A stretch of 64,000 nucleotides of DNA from Paenibacillus turpanensis (GCF_011421635.1 NZ_WTLI01000013.1:31006-95005), one strand, 5' to 3'. Shown: positions 36,733 through 46,006, counted from the first letter of the stretch. The notes: generated from the letters alone by a model not told the origin. Translations and numbers: made by a program.

Positions 36733-37421
36733 TGCAGCCTCTGAAATTGATACCCTTCTCGAAACACGGTAACGATATATTGAGGGTTTTTAGGATCTTC
36801 TTCGATTTTGCTTCTTAAATTTTTGATATGGCTGTCCAGGGTTCTATCCATGCCTTCGTAAAAATGACCGTGTACCCGTTCGATCAACTGCTGTCTCGAA
36901 AGAATCTGCCCCGCATGTTCCATGAAAACCCGCAGCAGCTTAAATTCAATCGGCGTAACCTCTACCTCGTGGCCTCCCACCCATACGCGTTTTTGTTTCT
37001 TTTCAATGCGGATATCGCCGACCATGATATTTTCCAGCTTAGGTTCCGGCATCCAAACCCGCCGCAGCATCGCCTTTATACGGGCAACCAGCTCCCGTGG
37101 TCGAAACGGCTTTGTGATGTAATCATCCGCTCCGGCCCCAAGACCTCTTAGAATATCCTCCTCCTGATTGCGACCTGAAAGGATAATGATCGGGGTGTTG
37201 GAACGGGATCGAATATCTTTGCATATCTCGATACCGCATGCATCCGGAAGACGAATGTCAAGCAATACCAATATTGGCTGTACTCGGTCAAATGCCGCCG
37301 TTGCCTCTGCTCCGTTATAAGCAATCTCCACTTTGTATCCTTCACCCTTTATATATGTCTTAATAGTTTGGGCAAGCAGTCGCTCGTCTTCCACTAGCAA
37401 GATCGTATTGGGCGTGCTCAT
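36708..37421 (-). CDS. OmpR-family response regulator
   Basis: ILLVEDERLL...LLDIRLPD receiver, C-terminal winged helix (TVFREGYQF). Overlaps the HK gene. Confidence 0.9.
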   Translation of the reverse strand: MSTPNTILLVEDERLLAQTIKTYIKGEGYKVEIAYNGAEATAAFDRVQPILVLLDIRLPDACGIEICKDIRSRSNTPIIILSGRNQEEDILRGLGAGADDYITKPFRPRELVARIKAMLRRVWMPEPKLENIMVGDIRIEKKQKRVWVGGHEVEVTPIEFKLLRVFMEHAGQILSRQQLIERVHGHFYEGMDRTLDSHIKNLRSKIEEDPKNPQYIVTVFREGYQFQRLQCLNPSTK

Positions 37422-37453
37422 TATAACCCTCCTCTAGGTGTATTGAACTTGTC

Positions 37454-37478
37454 GTTCCGTGGTGCAAGAATAGGAACG
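37454..37478. promoter_or_regulatory. Inverted repeat CGTTCC-N13-GGAACG upstream of the response-regulator gene
   Basis: Lies in the 236-bp divergent intergenic region between the two-component operon and the cupredoxin-like gene. Confidence 0.3.
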
Positions 37479-37657
37479 CAAGATTAAAGTGAAATCCCCC
37501 TTTCATCCCGATTCTATGACTTCCTTCCAACTCTTGAATTTATTTGTGCTATACCTATGAGACAAATATTTTGATTATTCTCCATCACTTCTCCACAACT
37601 AGCTGGTATTGTTTTCCACAGGTTCGTCAGGAATTCTTGTAAACTATTTTCGGAGGA

Positions 37658-38032
37658 GTGTGCAAAATGTTCATGAAAAAAGCCAAAACGTTGATTCTGC
37701 CTGCTATGCTGATGCTATTGTTTTCGCTGCTTGCCGGTTGCTCCAGCGAGCCTGCCAAGCCGATTGATATCGTCATTACGGCCAAAGACATGATGTTTAC
37801 GCCGGACCGCATTACCGTCGATAAGGGAAGCTCTATCAAGCTGACCTTCCGCAACCAAGAAGGTGTGGTTAACGATTTAATGATGAAAGGAACCGATGTC
37901 ATGATACAAGATGTGGGGCCGAATCAGGAGAAATCAACCACATTTACCGCTGACCGCGCGGGGACCTTTACGATCATGACCTCCGCCCCAGGCATGGAGA
38001 ATATGACAGCGGATTTTATTGTCAAAGAGTAA
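37658..38032 (+). CDS. Cupredoxin-like lipoprotein lacking canonical Cys/His copper ligands, Met-rich
   Basis: RBS GGAGGAG. Lipobox LLAGCSS. Beta-sandwich pattern ...IVITAKDMMFTPDRITVDKGSSIKLTFRNQ...TFTADRAGTFTIMTSAPGMENM.... No His, and no Cys beyond the lipobox. Confidence 0.6.
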   Translation: MCKMFMKKAKTLILPAMLMLLFSLLAGCSSEPAKPIDIVITAKDMMFTPDRITVDKGSSIKLTFRNQEGVVNDLMMKGTDVMIQDVGPNQEKSTTFTADRAGTFTIMTSAPGMENMTADFIVKE

Positions 38033-38045
38033 GACCTTCAGACAC

Positions 38046-38078
38046 AAAAAACGGGGGCTCCCCTGAGCCCCCTCTTAA
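38046..38078. terminator. Bidirectional terminator
   Basis: aaaaaacgggggctc-ccctg-agcccccTCTT hairpin. Minus-strand reading is followed by TTTTTT. Confidence 0.5.
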
Positions 38079-38290
38079 TCGCGAACTTGTATTATTCGTC
38101 ATCCACATCCATCAAAACAACTTCAAAAATCGTCGTTTCATTACTTTCGAATGGCTTCTCGCTGCAGATGGTTTATCCAGCCAAGTGGTGTTAAAACAAA
38201 AGGTTTCAGCAACCCCACCTGTGTCAACAGCTGACTCCATGCAAAATTCTTGAATGACGTTTTAAACCTTGGGTCACCGCTGGTCGCCGA

Positions 38291-38836
38291 TTAACTGCTC
38301 TCCCATACTTCATGTAAATCTGCTTTTATGAAGTCGGGAATCGCTTGCTCCCTTATCAACCGTTGCAGCAACTCACGATTTGGCGCCGCACCGCCGGACT
38401 TCAAGTATTTCAATAGCAAATCCGCCTTCGCCTTTCTCTGCATTAAAGAATAAGCGACAAACCACAGTTCAGGGCTGGAGAGCCGAACTCCATTCCAGCT
38501 TCTGGAATCGACCAAAGGGACGCGAAAAATACCTGTTTCGGTATGTAATGCAAATCCACCGATCAAATCCACATTAATATCCGGAATACAGATTCGGTAT
38601 TGACTCGCAAACGGAGGGTCACCACTGTGTTCCTCTATCCAAGGAAACGCTTCAATGCTGCGAAGCAGGTGATCCTTGGGACAGTCAACCAGCACATCCC
38701 AATCATTCACCTGATCCGTTAGCTTCATCGAATAAAGCAGGGCGCTCCCGCCAAGGTTGTAGCTGATCTTGTTTTTCTCTAGCGATTCGATAAGTGGTAT
38801 TAGTCTTTTGATATTGGGTGTCATGAAATCATCCAA
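38291..38836 (-). CDS. Nucleotidyltransferase-fold protein
   Basis: GGSALLYS...DWDVLVD NTase signature. Confidence 0.6.
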   Translation of the reverse strand: MDDFMTPNIKRLIPLIESLEKNKISYNLGGSALLYSMKLTDQVNDWDVLVDCPKDHLLRSIEAFPWIEEHSGDPPFASQYRICIPDINVDLIGGFALHTETGIFRVPLVDSRSWNGVRLSSPELWFVAYSLMQRKAKADLLLKYLKSGGAAPNRELLQRLIREQAIPDFIKADLHEVWESS

Positions 38837-38931
38837 CTTTACGGTCGATTTTTTTACTTTCCGAATTCAATAAAATCCCGGTCATCTTCCAGCATCCGGA
38901 GCCCTATTCAAGGCATGAGCCACCTCAGCCT

Positions 38932-39282
38932 CTAATCGATTACTTCCTCGATCACGGAAAATCCTTTAGAACGGTCTTTACACGTCCATTCCCATTCCTC
39001 ATGCATTCTTAGGCGGCCATCAGGCAAAACCTCCGGCTTCGATTTGCAAATTCCCGTCATCCGCTCAAGAGATTCGTTAATATGATGGTATCTCATATCC
39101 AATCCGCCCTCATCGTCAACAACCGCTACCAGATGCCCGACGATAATGCCGCCTCCGGAATAGTCCGCCCATACGACTTGATCCTTCTGATAATAACGGA
39201 AAATCGTTTGTTGATTGACCTCGCCATTCGCTGTGTTATTGATCGTTTTGAATATTCTTCCGTCATAATGAATTGTGCTCAT
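38932..39282 (-). CDS. Hypothetical protein
   Basis: RBS AAGGGAGAG before ATG (MSTIHYDGRIFK...). The longer upstream extension would run through a hairpin. Confidence 0.45.
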   Translation of the reverse strand: MSTIHYDGRIFKTINNTANGEVNQQTIFRYYQKDQVVWADYSGGGIIVGHLVAVVDDEGGLDMRYHHINESLERMTGICKSKPEVLPDGRLRMHEEWEWTCKDRSKGFSVIEEVID

Positions 39283-39496
39283 GTTTACACTCTCCCTTAT
39301 TATTTCAACAGCACCGGTCGGTGTTGACTTGATCTCGTTATTCGCGGGTTTCATTTCAATTTGTCTTATGATATGATTTGAAGTAATGAAGCCGAGTGCT
39401 GCGAACACCCGGCTGTACAATTGGCTTGGATGGGGTTCCCTTCCAGGTCGTAAACCTAAAGAACCCACCTTCGGCCGTTAACCTTGGGGTGGGTTT

Positions 39497-39592
39497 TTAC
39501 TTTCTCTTGAAGTTATTCCCAATGAACGTTAAAAGAGCAACGACAAAGGTTGCAAATCCGATCATGATGAGAATTGCGTCTTTAACTTCCAT
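39497..39592 (-). CDS. 31-aa holin-like type-I toxin family peptide
   Basis: MEVKDAILIMIGFATFVVALLTFIGNNFKRK with RBS AGGAGGTGA. Resembles Firmicute putative holin-like toxin peptides. Followed by a hairpin. Confidence 0.5.
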   Translation of the reverse strand: MEVKDAILIMIGFATFVVALLTFIGNNFKRK

Positions 39593-39992
39593 GGCCTCAC
39601 CTCCTTTCGAAGGGAAACCATGCCCACCCAAGATTCAATTGTACTTGTCTATTATAACACTGCCTATCACACAAAAACAGAACATTTGTTCCTATTTATT
39701 CGGTTACTCATCGATCCCAATAAACGTTAAGATTTCTCGTTCCCCTGCTTTGGCGCCTGATCCTCCACGGGTTCACCGCATGCGCACTTTGTCGAATGGA
39801 TGCATCCGCTAAGAAGAAGCGCGGTAATCAAGAGCAGCGACAAGGTTTTTATACGAAAACCTTTTATCATAGAAAGCCCCTCCTCATCTCCTTTTCTTAT
39901 TCTATCACCAATGACAATTTCAGGAAAACAACAAAAGGATACAACGTCTCTTTCAACGCTGTATCCTCTAAAACGACATGGACCTGCTTAGC

Positions 39993-41978
39993 TTATTGTA
40001 ATGTGCTTACATCGTTATTTATCCCTACCGGCTGAGCAAGCACCCACATAAAATATAACGCCTTTGCCGCCTTTGCCCGGGTTACGATCAGCTTCGGTTC
40101 AAGCTCCGTACCATTCATCATTTTCCCTCTCACAATGCCCTTCTCTGAACGGAAAAGTCCGAGTTCATAAGCTGCCTTTACTTTATCCGCCAATTGCGGA
40201 TCAATCTCAGCGGTGTCCGTGAGGCGATCGTATGAAACCATAGTATCATAGCCTGTCGCGGCAGCGCCCGTATCCAAATTTGGGTCATAGCCCGCATCAC
40301 CGGGCTTCACCGTTTTCCCATTATAATCCGTCATATACTTAGGCTTATTCTCGAATCTAGCCATATAAGCGTCGTACAAGATTGCTCCCATTACCTCGCG
40401 CGAAAGCTCCTTCGCCCGTTCATAACCCGCACAAACCGCACTCAGCGAATGCCCAAGCACTTTGCCGAGAGCATCCATAAACTCGCCTGCCATCATCGGC
40501 CTGCTTGGTTCGAAGCTTCCATTCTCACCGCACTGCATAACGCCCAGCTGCCGCAGCTTTTCAATCTGGTTGCGGTAGTAGGAGCCTTGCCCGGTAAGCG
40601 TGTCTGTGGTCATTTCCGGGTAAATGCCCGACCAGTCACCGCTTTCCACAGCTTCCAGCACCTCGTCCTTCAAGAAGGCCGCAATTTCTCCTGCAACACG
40701 GTCTCCGGCACCGCCGAGACGGACAAGCTCGGCTACAACGAGCCGGGCAAACTGCTTGGAAAGCGCCTCTTTATAATGCGTACCGTCAATCTTATTGGAC
40801 GGATGCCCGTTGGCGTAGCTGCCGTCATTCGTTTTCCCCGGAGTCTCACCGGCTTCGATAGACATAAAGAGCGCTGTCGTTGCCTCAACGCCAATTTCAT
40901 TGTAATACTCCACGCTGCGCGCGTTTAAATCGACCACAGGGATGCCGAGCTCGGCGCCAACCTTCCGCATAATCTCGGGAAAACGCCGGTTCACAAAGGA
41001 ATCCGTGTATACATGGCCCGGCTGTGCAGCCCCGAGAACTCTCGACATCGGTGTCACTAAAACCGGGAGCATCCCCCTGGCACGGACGGCAGGAATATAG
41101 ACCTCTCTGATATAAGTTTCATAGGAGGACTCGATAGAGCCGCGGCCAAAACGCCAATGTTCATCCGCTCTCTCGTCATTGTGGCCGAACTGGATAAGCA
41201 CATAATCGCCGACATTGCCGCTTAATACAAGATCGTTAAACCGCCCTTCTGTGTAGGCATTCTTAAACGAACGGCCGCCCATGGAATAATTTACAATCCG
41301 CACTTTCTTCGGATCAAACAGCCGATCAATGACCTGTCCCCATCCGCTCATCGGCGCTTCTTCAAAAATATAAGACTTCACAGTCGAATCTCCCAGCAAA
41401 AACACCGTCGGTAACTCCGTGGACTCGCGCGGCTCCAAGGCGATCGGCTCCAGCACAATTTCTTGTATACCGACAGGGGTACCTACATGCTTCGGCTCAA
41501 TCTCGATTTCAATAAACGATCTTCCATTTGCGAAAGCAAACGTCCACTCATTCCCGTTTGCTTCGGCGTAATGCTTTACAGGAACTAGCTTCGCGGCATC
41601 CCAATGTCCACCCTGCACCAGCTTTGTGCCCTGCATCGCGGAAACCGACACTGTTGTGTCCGCTGCATTGGAGGTTGTTTTTACATAGATCCGGTAAGCT
41701 CCAGGCTCCGCTTGCAGCCGAAATGCCATACCAAAGTGATTATAATGATCCTGCTCTAGGCCCTGCTCCGCAAAAAAAGAAGACTCCTGTATCGTAAACC
41801 CCGAACCGTTCGCTTGAATCTGCTCGACATGAACCTCCCGAGCGGGAATCGCGCAGGTTTCCATTACAAATCCATAGCCTGTGGATGCTTGGTAAAGAGG
41901 AGCTCCTTGCTCCGGCTCGAAAGGAACCGAAACATACCCTTCCTTCGGCTCATCGGTAAAGTTATATTTGTATTTCAT
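39993..41978 (-). CDS. Rhamnogalacturonan acetylesterase-like SGNH hydrolase (CE12) with C-terminal SLH-like region
   Basis: FLLGDSTVKSY (GDS motif), GGRS, DxxH of the SGNH fold. C-terminal ...TRAKAAKALYFMWVL... is SLH-like. No obvious signal peptide. Confidence 0.8.
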   Translation of the reverse strand: MKYKYNFTDEPKEGYVSVPFEPEQGAPLYQASTGYGFVMETCAIPAREVHVEQIQANGSGFTIQESSFFAEQGLEQDHYNHFGMAFRLQAEPGAYRIYVKTTSNAADTTVSVSAMQGTKLVQGGHWDAAKLVPVKHYAEANGNEWTFAFANGRSFIEIEIEPKHVGTPVGIQEIVLEPIALEPRESTELPTVFLLGDSTVKSYIFEEAPMSGWGQVIDRLFDPKKVRIVNYSMGGRSFKNAYTEGRFNDLVLSGNVGDYVLIQFGHNDERADEHWRFGRGSIESSYETYIREVYIPAVRARGMLPVLVTPMSRVLGAAQPGHVYTDSFVNRRFPEIMRKVGAELGIPVVDLNARSVEYYNEIGVEATTALFMSIEAGETPGKTNDGSYANGHPSNKIDGTHYKEALSKQFARLVVAELVRLGGAGDRVAGEIAAFLKDEVLEAVESGDWSGIYPEMTTDTLTGQGSYYRNQIEKLRQLGVMQCGENGSFEPSRPMMAGEFMDALGKVLGHSLSAVCAGYERAKELSREVMGAILYDAYMARFENKPKYMTDYNGKTVKPGDAGYDPNLDTGAAATGYDTMVSYDRLTDTAEIDPQLADKVKAAYELGLFRSEKGIVRGKMMNGTELEPKLIVTRAKAAKALYFMWVLAQPVGINNDVSTLQ

Positions 41979-42039
41979 CTATCTTTTTCCTCTCCGAATT
42001 GTTTTTTCTTTCTAGTATAACGGCCGCTTATCGGCCTAA

Positions 42040-42077
42040 CAACTCAAAGACCCGGCCTAAGGCCAGGTCTTTAGGTC
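42040..42077 (-). terminator. Probable terminator after the substrate-binding-protein gene
   Basis: aaagacccggcc-taa-ggccaggtcttt imperfect hairpin. Confidence 0.4.
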
Positions 42078-42078
42078 G

Positions 42079-43617
42079 TTACTTAAACTTCGCATGCTGC
42101 TCGTTATACTCTTCAATTACCTTGTCGCCGCCCTCCGACTTCCACTTTTCAACTGCGGCTTGGAAGCCTGATTCGTCCATTTTGCCCAAAATATATTGGT
42201 ACGTCGCGTCTGTGATGATTTGCTGGAGCTGCAGCCCCTTATGGTCCTCGGTTGGCGAGCTGTACGCCGAAGCCGGGTTATTGATCAAAATATTGTTGTT
42301 ATCGGCCATTGCGGCGTTGGTCTTCTCCTGCAGCGGGTCGTCTACATACGCCTTCAAGCCGTCGATGGTCTCTTCGCCGCCGATCCGCAGGCTGAGCAGC
42401 GGTCTTACCTCGCGGTCTTTAATCGCAACATTTTCGGCATCCCGGTAGCCTTTGGCCTTGCCGTCAACAAGATCGTAATGCTTCCCTTCGATGCCATGCG
42501 TGAGCAGATTGTAAATTTCCGGGCTCATCACGTGGTTAAAATACGCCAAAATTCTTTTTAGCTCGGCTTCGTCCTTCACCGCAGATTTCGGGAACAGCAC
42601 CATGTTGCCATAGCCCGGCACCGACCATACGCCTTCCTTGCCATCCGGCCCTGTAATGCGGTTAACCACAGCCAGCTCTACATTCGGGTTCGTCTTGCGC
42701 ATATCCCTTTGGTATCCCGGAGCGGCACAAAGGCAGCCTACATATACACCAGCCTTACCGGATTTAAACAGCGCTTCGTGATCGGATTTGCTCGTTACCG
42801 GGAAATCGCGGTTAATGAGTCCTTCCGACGAAAGCTTTTTGAAGAAATTCATCGTATCGATATACTGCGGGAACATAAACTCCGGCTGAAGCTTACCATC
42901 CTTCTCTCCCCAGTAGTTCGGGGTTCCAAAGTAAGAGCTGATCGTCTTAAACGCTCCGTATACAAGATCGCTCCGGTCGCCCACGCCAATAGTATTGTCC
43001 TGTCCGTCGCCGTCCGGATCCTTTTCTTTAAACGCTTTCATCATTTGGTATAAATCCTCGGTTGTTTTCGGTTCCGGCAAGCCGAGCTTATCCGCCCAAT
43101 CCTTCCGATAAATGACACCCTGGCGCGATAATGGCGTCGATTGATACAGTCCGTAAATCTTACCGTCAATCGCACTATTCTTTAGGACGACCGGATCGAG
43201 ATTGCTCAAATAAGGATAATCCTTGAGGTAAGGTCCGATTTCCCAAAACTGACCGTCACGAAGCGAGCTTTTGAATTTATTGTAGATCGCCACATTCCCG
43301 ACAAATACTGCTTGCGGCAGGGTTTCAGTAGCCATTCCGGCGTTTACCTTTTCCTCATATACCCCTTGAGGGACCCAGTTGACTTTGAGATTGGTGTTCG
43401 TTTTCTTCTCGATCTCGCTAATAACAGGACCGCTTGGAATATCTGGAGTATGCAGCACCGCCATAATCGTTAAGTCCAGCGGCTTATTCGCGTCTGCTTC
43501 CTGTGTACCGGAGCCGGTTTGCGTACTCTCCGGAGTCGAGCAGGCCACACTGCTAGCCAGCAACCCGACCGTTCCCATCGCAGCCAGCAAACGTTTTGTT
43601 TTTGTCATCATCGCCAT
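42079..43617 (-). CDS. ABC transporter extracellular solute-binding lipoprotein (carbohydrate, family 1)
   Basis: Signal peptide plus lipobox LASSVACS, 512 aa, typical of Paenibacillus sugar-binding proteins. Confidence 0.85.
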   Translation of the reverse strand: MAMMTKTKRLLAAMGTVGLLASSVACSTPESTQTGSGTQEADANKPLDLTIMAVLHTPDIPSGPVISEIEKKTNTNLKVNWVPQGVYEEKVNAGMATETLPQAVFVGNVAIYNKFKSSLRDGQFWEIGPYLKDYPYLSNLDPVVLKNSAIDGKIYGLYQSTPLSRQGVIYRKDWADKLGLPEPKTTEDLYQMMKAFKEKDPDGDGQDNTIGVGDRSDLVYGAFKTISSYFGTPNYWGEKDGKLQPEFMFPQYIDTMNFFKKLSSEGLINRDFPVTSKSDHEALFKSGKAGVYVGCLCAAPGYQRDMRKTNPNVELAVVNRITGPDGKEGVWSVPGYGNMVLFPKSAVKDEAELKRILAYFNHVMSPEIYNLLTHGIEGKHYDLVDGKAKGYRDAENVAIKDREVRPLLSLRIGGEETIDGLKAYVDDPLQEKTNAAMADNNNILINNPASAYSSPTEDHKGLQLQQIITDATYQYILGKMDESGFQAAVEKWKSEGGDKVIEEYNEQHAKFK

Positions 43618-44002
43618 TCCTATTACCCCCTAAGCAAAGTACGGACATGTTTGATGGGTGAAAATGTGCGCAGAAAGACGCCCCAGAAGCTCTTACCTCT
43701 TCCCGAAACAGGCTAAGCCTAGCTTCAGATAAAAGATCGATGACTCGACTCCCAAGTTTCCTTCTTCTTATAAAACACTCCACACGAATGCGATGCTAAG
43801 CGTTCCTTCTGGGCACATCCTCCTCACCTTTACTTAGCTGGAAGGCATTTTTGATAGCGCTTCCAACCTCTGCGAATATCGTACCACAGGATTGTAACCG
43901 CTTTCGATGATTAGAATTGCGAAAAAAGCAATTGTTTGCTATTTCCGCACATACAAAATTGCCTTTTTCTTAAAAGTTATCTATTTCCGCACTTCCAACG
44001 CC

Positions 44003-44869
44003 CTATTTGTTCTTTTCCAAAAATTCACTTGAGTATCTCAGCGTAACGTCGTCCATTCCTTCCGTCATTTTTTTATACTGGAGCGGAGACATCTGCGTGA
44101 TTTGCTTAAACGTTTTGTTAAAATGCGTTTTGTTGATATATCCGACCCGCTGGGACACATCCTCGATTTTCAACTGCTCCTCACGAAGCAGCCGCTGCGC
44201 CTCGCGAATACGAAGCGAATTCAAATACTCCGGGAATGAAAACCCTGTATATTTTCGAAATAACCGTCCCACATACGATGGCGATAAAAAGAAATCCTTT
44301 GAGATTTGATTCAGCGTAAGCTGCTCTTTGTAATGCTCGTTGCAGTAGCGAATGATTTCGTGAATGGATTTTCCCGCTGCCGAGAGCGTCTCTTGATCCG
44401 GCTTATCCGGTATCTTTCGTATGACAAATAAAAGCAGCTGATTGAGCAAGGAGCGGAAAAACAAGCTTCTCCCCTTCTTCTGCGGATCCGAGTACTCACT
44501 TATCATTTGCAGGAATAAATTTTCTGCGAACGCCTGCTCCTGCAAATTCAGCTCAAAAACTTTCGGTGGAGCTGTAAAAGGCAGCAGCAGGTCCGGCTGC
44601 TCTTGAAGCGAAGGCTCTACAAACGAATCGGAGAAATAAATCAAAAAACGTTCATGCTCCGGACGGCTGGCCATCATCGTTTTATGCAGCGCATTCTTAT
44701 TAACAAACACCAAGGAACCTTTTTGGATAGGGAAGCACTGATCTTCGATATAATAATTCCGTTCTCCGGAAAGCAAATAGTACACTTCATAATAGTCATG
44801 GTAGTGAACCTTTGGGAAATTAAACGGCGTGCTAATTTTTGAAATCGAAACTTCAAACTCACCCTTCAC
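44003..44869 (-). CDS. AraC family transcriptional regulator (cupin plus HTH)
   Basis: C-terminal AraC HTH ...LNQISKDFFLSPSYVGRLFRKYTG... Confidence 0.85.
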   Translation of the reverse strand: MKGEFEVSISKISTPFNFPKVHYHDYYEVYYLLSGERNYYIEDQCFPIQKGSLVFVNKNALHKTMMASRPEHERFLIYFSDSFVEPSLQEQPDLLLPFTAPPKVFELNLQEQAFAENLFLQMISEYSDPQKKGRSLFFRSLLNQLLLFVIRKIPDKPDQETLSAAGKSIHEIIRYCNEHYKEQLTLNQISKDFFLSPSYVGRLFRKYTGFSFPEYLNSLRIREAQRLLREEQLKIEDVSQRVGYINKTHFNKTFKQITQMSPLQYKKMTEGMDDVTLRYSSEFLEKNK

Positions 44870-45027
44870 AAACGTCCCTCCTCACCGAATGTCGGGTGCA
44901 CTTGGCACCTAACCTTTTTTCTAGTCTCATAAGTTCTGCATGAATCTCCTCGTTCCTTCTTTAGAAAGGAAAAAGGCAGCCGAGTCGGCCACCCTCATTT
45001 CAATCCTATTGTAGTCCCTACCTGTCA

Positions 45028-45432
45028 TTAGAAGCTGCAAACTCCGATCAAGTGACCATTGAGATCGTAGAAGTCAAAGCCTTGCATTTTGCCAAAATCA
45101 TTGATGGCGCTTACCTCGACCTCATTTGCTGAAAGAAACGCATGTGTTTGACTAATATCTTTTGTATACAGATTAATTACCGGATGCTTCCGATCTTGAT
45201 AGCTGAAATGTAACGGCTGGAAATCACTCGTTTGAACGAGCGTCACCATGGCCTGTCCAAGCTTCGTATTGGCCTGCCCTTCTTCCGGATGTACGCTGTT
45301 TACATTTAGCGCCGCGTAATCCCCATGAATCCACATCAGCTTACAACCGATTTTCTTCGTGTACCATTCCACGGATGCTTCCAGCTCACGTACAGGGATG
45401 AAATTACAATCGATTCTTGCAAAAAGCTCCAT
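45028..45432 (-). CDS. VOC family (glyoxalase/bleomycin resistance fold) protein
   Basis: 134 aa, beta-alpha-beta-beta-beta pattern. Confidence 0.75.
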   Translation of the reverse strand: MELFARIDCNFIPVRELEASVEWYTKKIGCKLMWIHGDYAALNVNSVHPEEGQANTKLGQAMVTLVQTSDFQPLHFSYQDRKHPVINLYTKDISQTHAFLSANEVEVSAINDFGKMQGFDFYDLNGHLIGVCSF

Positions 45433-45438
45433 TCTTTC

Positions 45439-45981
45439 TTATCTCCCTTCTATCGTATATTCATGAACACTGCATAAATCAACCTGACCCGGACCATACC
45501 CCTTTAGAATCGCGATGACCATTCCATGACAAACGACGATTACATTTTCGTAGGTTAGGTATCTCTCCAGCACGGCTTTTGTCCGGTCCAGCACCGATTG
45601 CTTCGTCTCCCACAGTCTCGTCTCGCCTTGCGGGTATATGCCGTCGTTTTTATAAAAGTCGCGATGCAGGGCTTGAATGTCCTCGTAACTCTCCTTTTGA
45701 AAAGAGTCCGGCACCCACTCATGCAGATCAAACTCCACCTGTAAGGGCAGACCTAATCTGCGGTTAAGAATCGCTGCCGTTTGCAAAGATCTTGTAAACG
45801 GTGAAGATACAATGAGGTCACAAACCGAGAATAGCTGTTGATGGCTCGCCCCTGCTTCTTCGGCTTGAGCAATCCCGCGCTGGGTTAAAGGTACATAATC
45901 CCGCATTGGCCCCTGAAGCTTTCTCGCATTTTTTAAGTCCCAATCCGGTTCTCCATGTCGAATGAGATAAAAGGTGGTCAT
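45439..45981 (-). CDS. Histidine phosphatase family (phosphoglycerate mutase-like) protein
   Basis: LIRHGEPDW catalytic RHG motif. Confidence 0.8.
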   Translation of the reverse strand: MTTFYLIRHGEPDWDLKNARKLQGPMRDYVPLTQRGIAQAEEAGASHQQLFSVCDLIVSSPFTRSLQTAAILNRRLGLPLQVEFDLHEWVPDSFQKESYEDIQALHRDFYKNDGIYPQGETRLWETKQSVLDRTKAVLERYLTYENVIVVCHGMVIAILKGYGPGQVDLCSVHEYTIEGR

Positions 45982-46006
45982 GAAAAGTCCCCCTGTAAGG
46001 CTTCAC

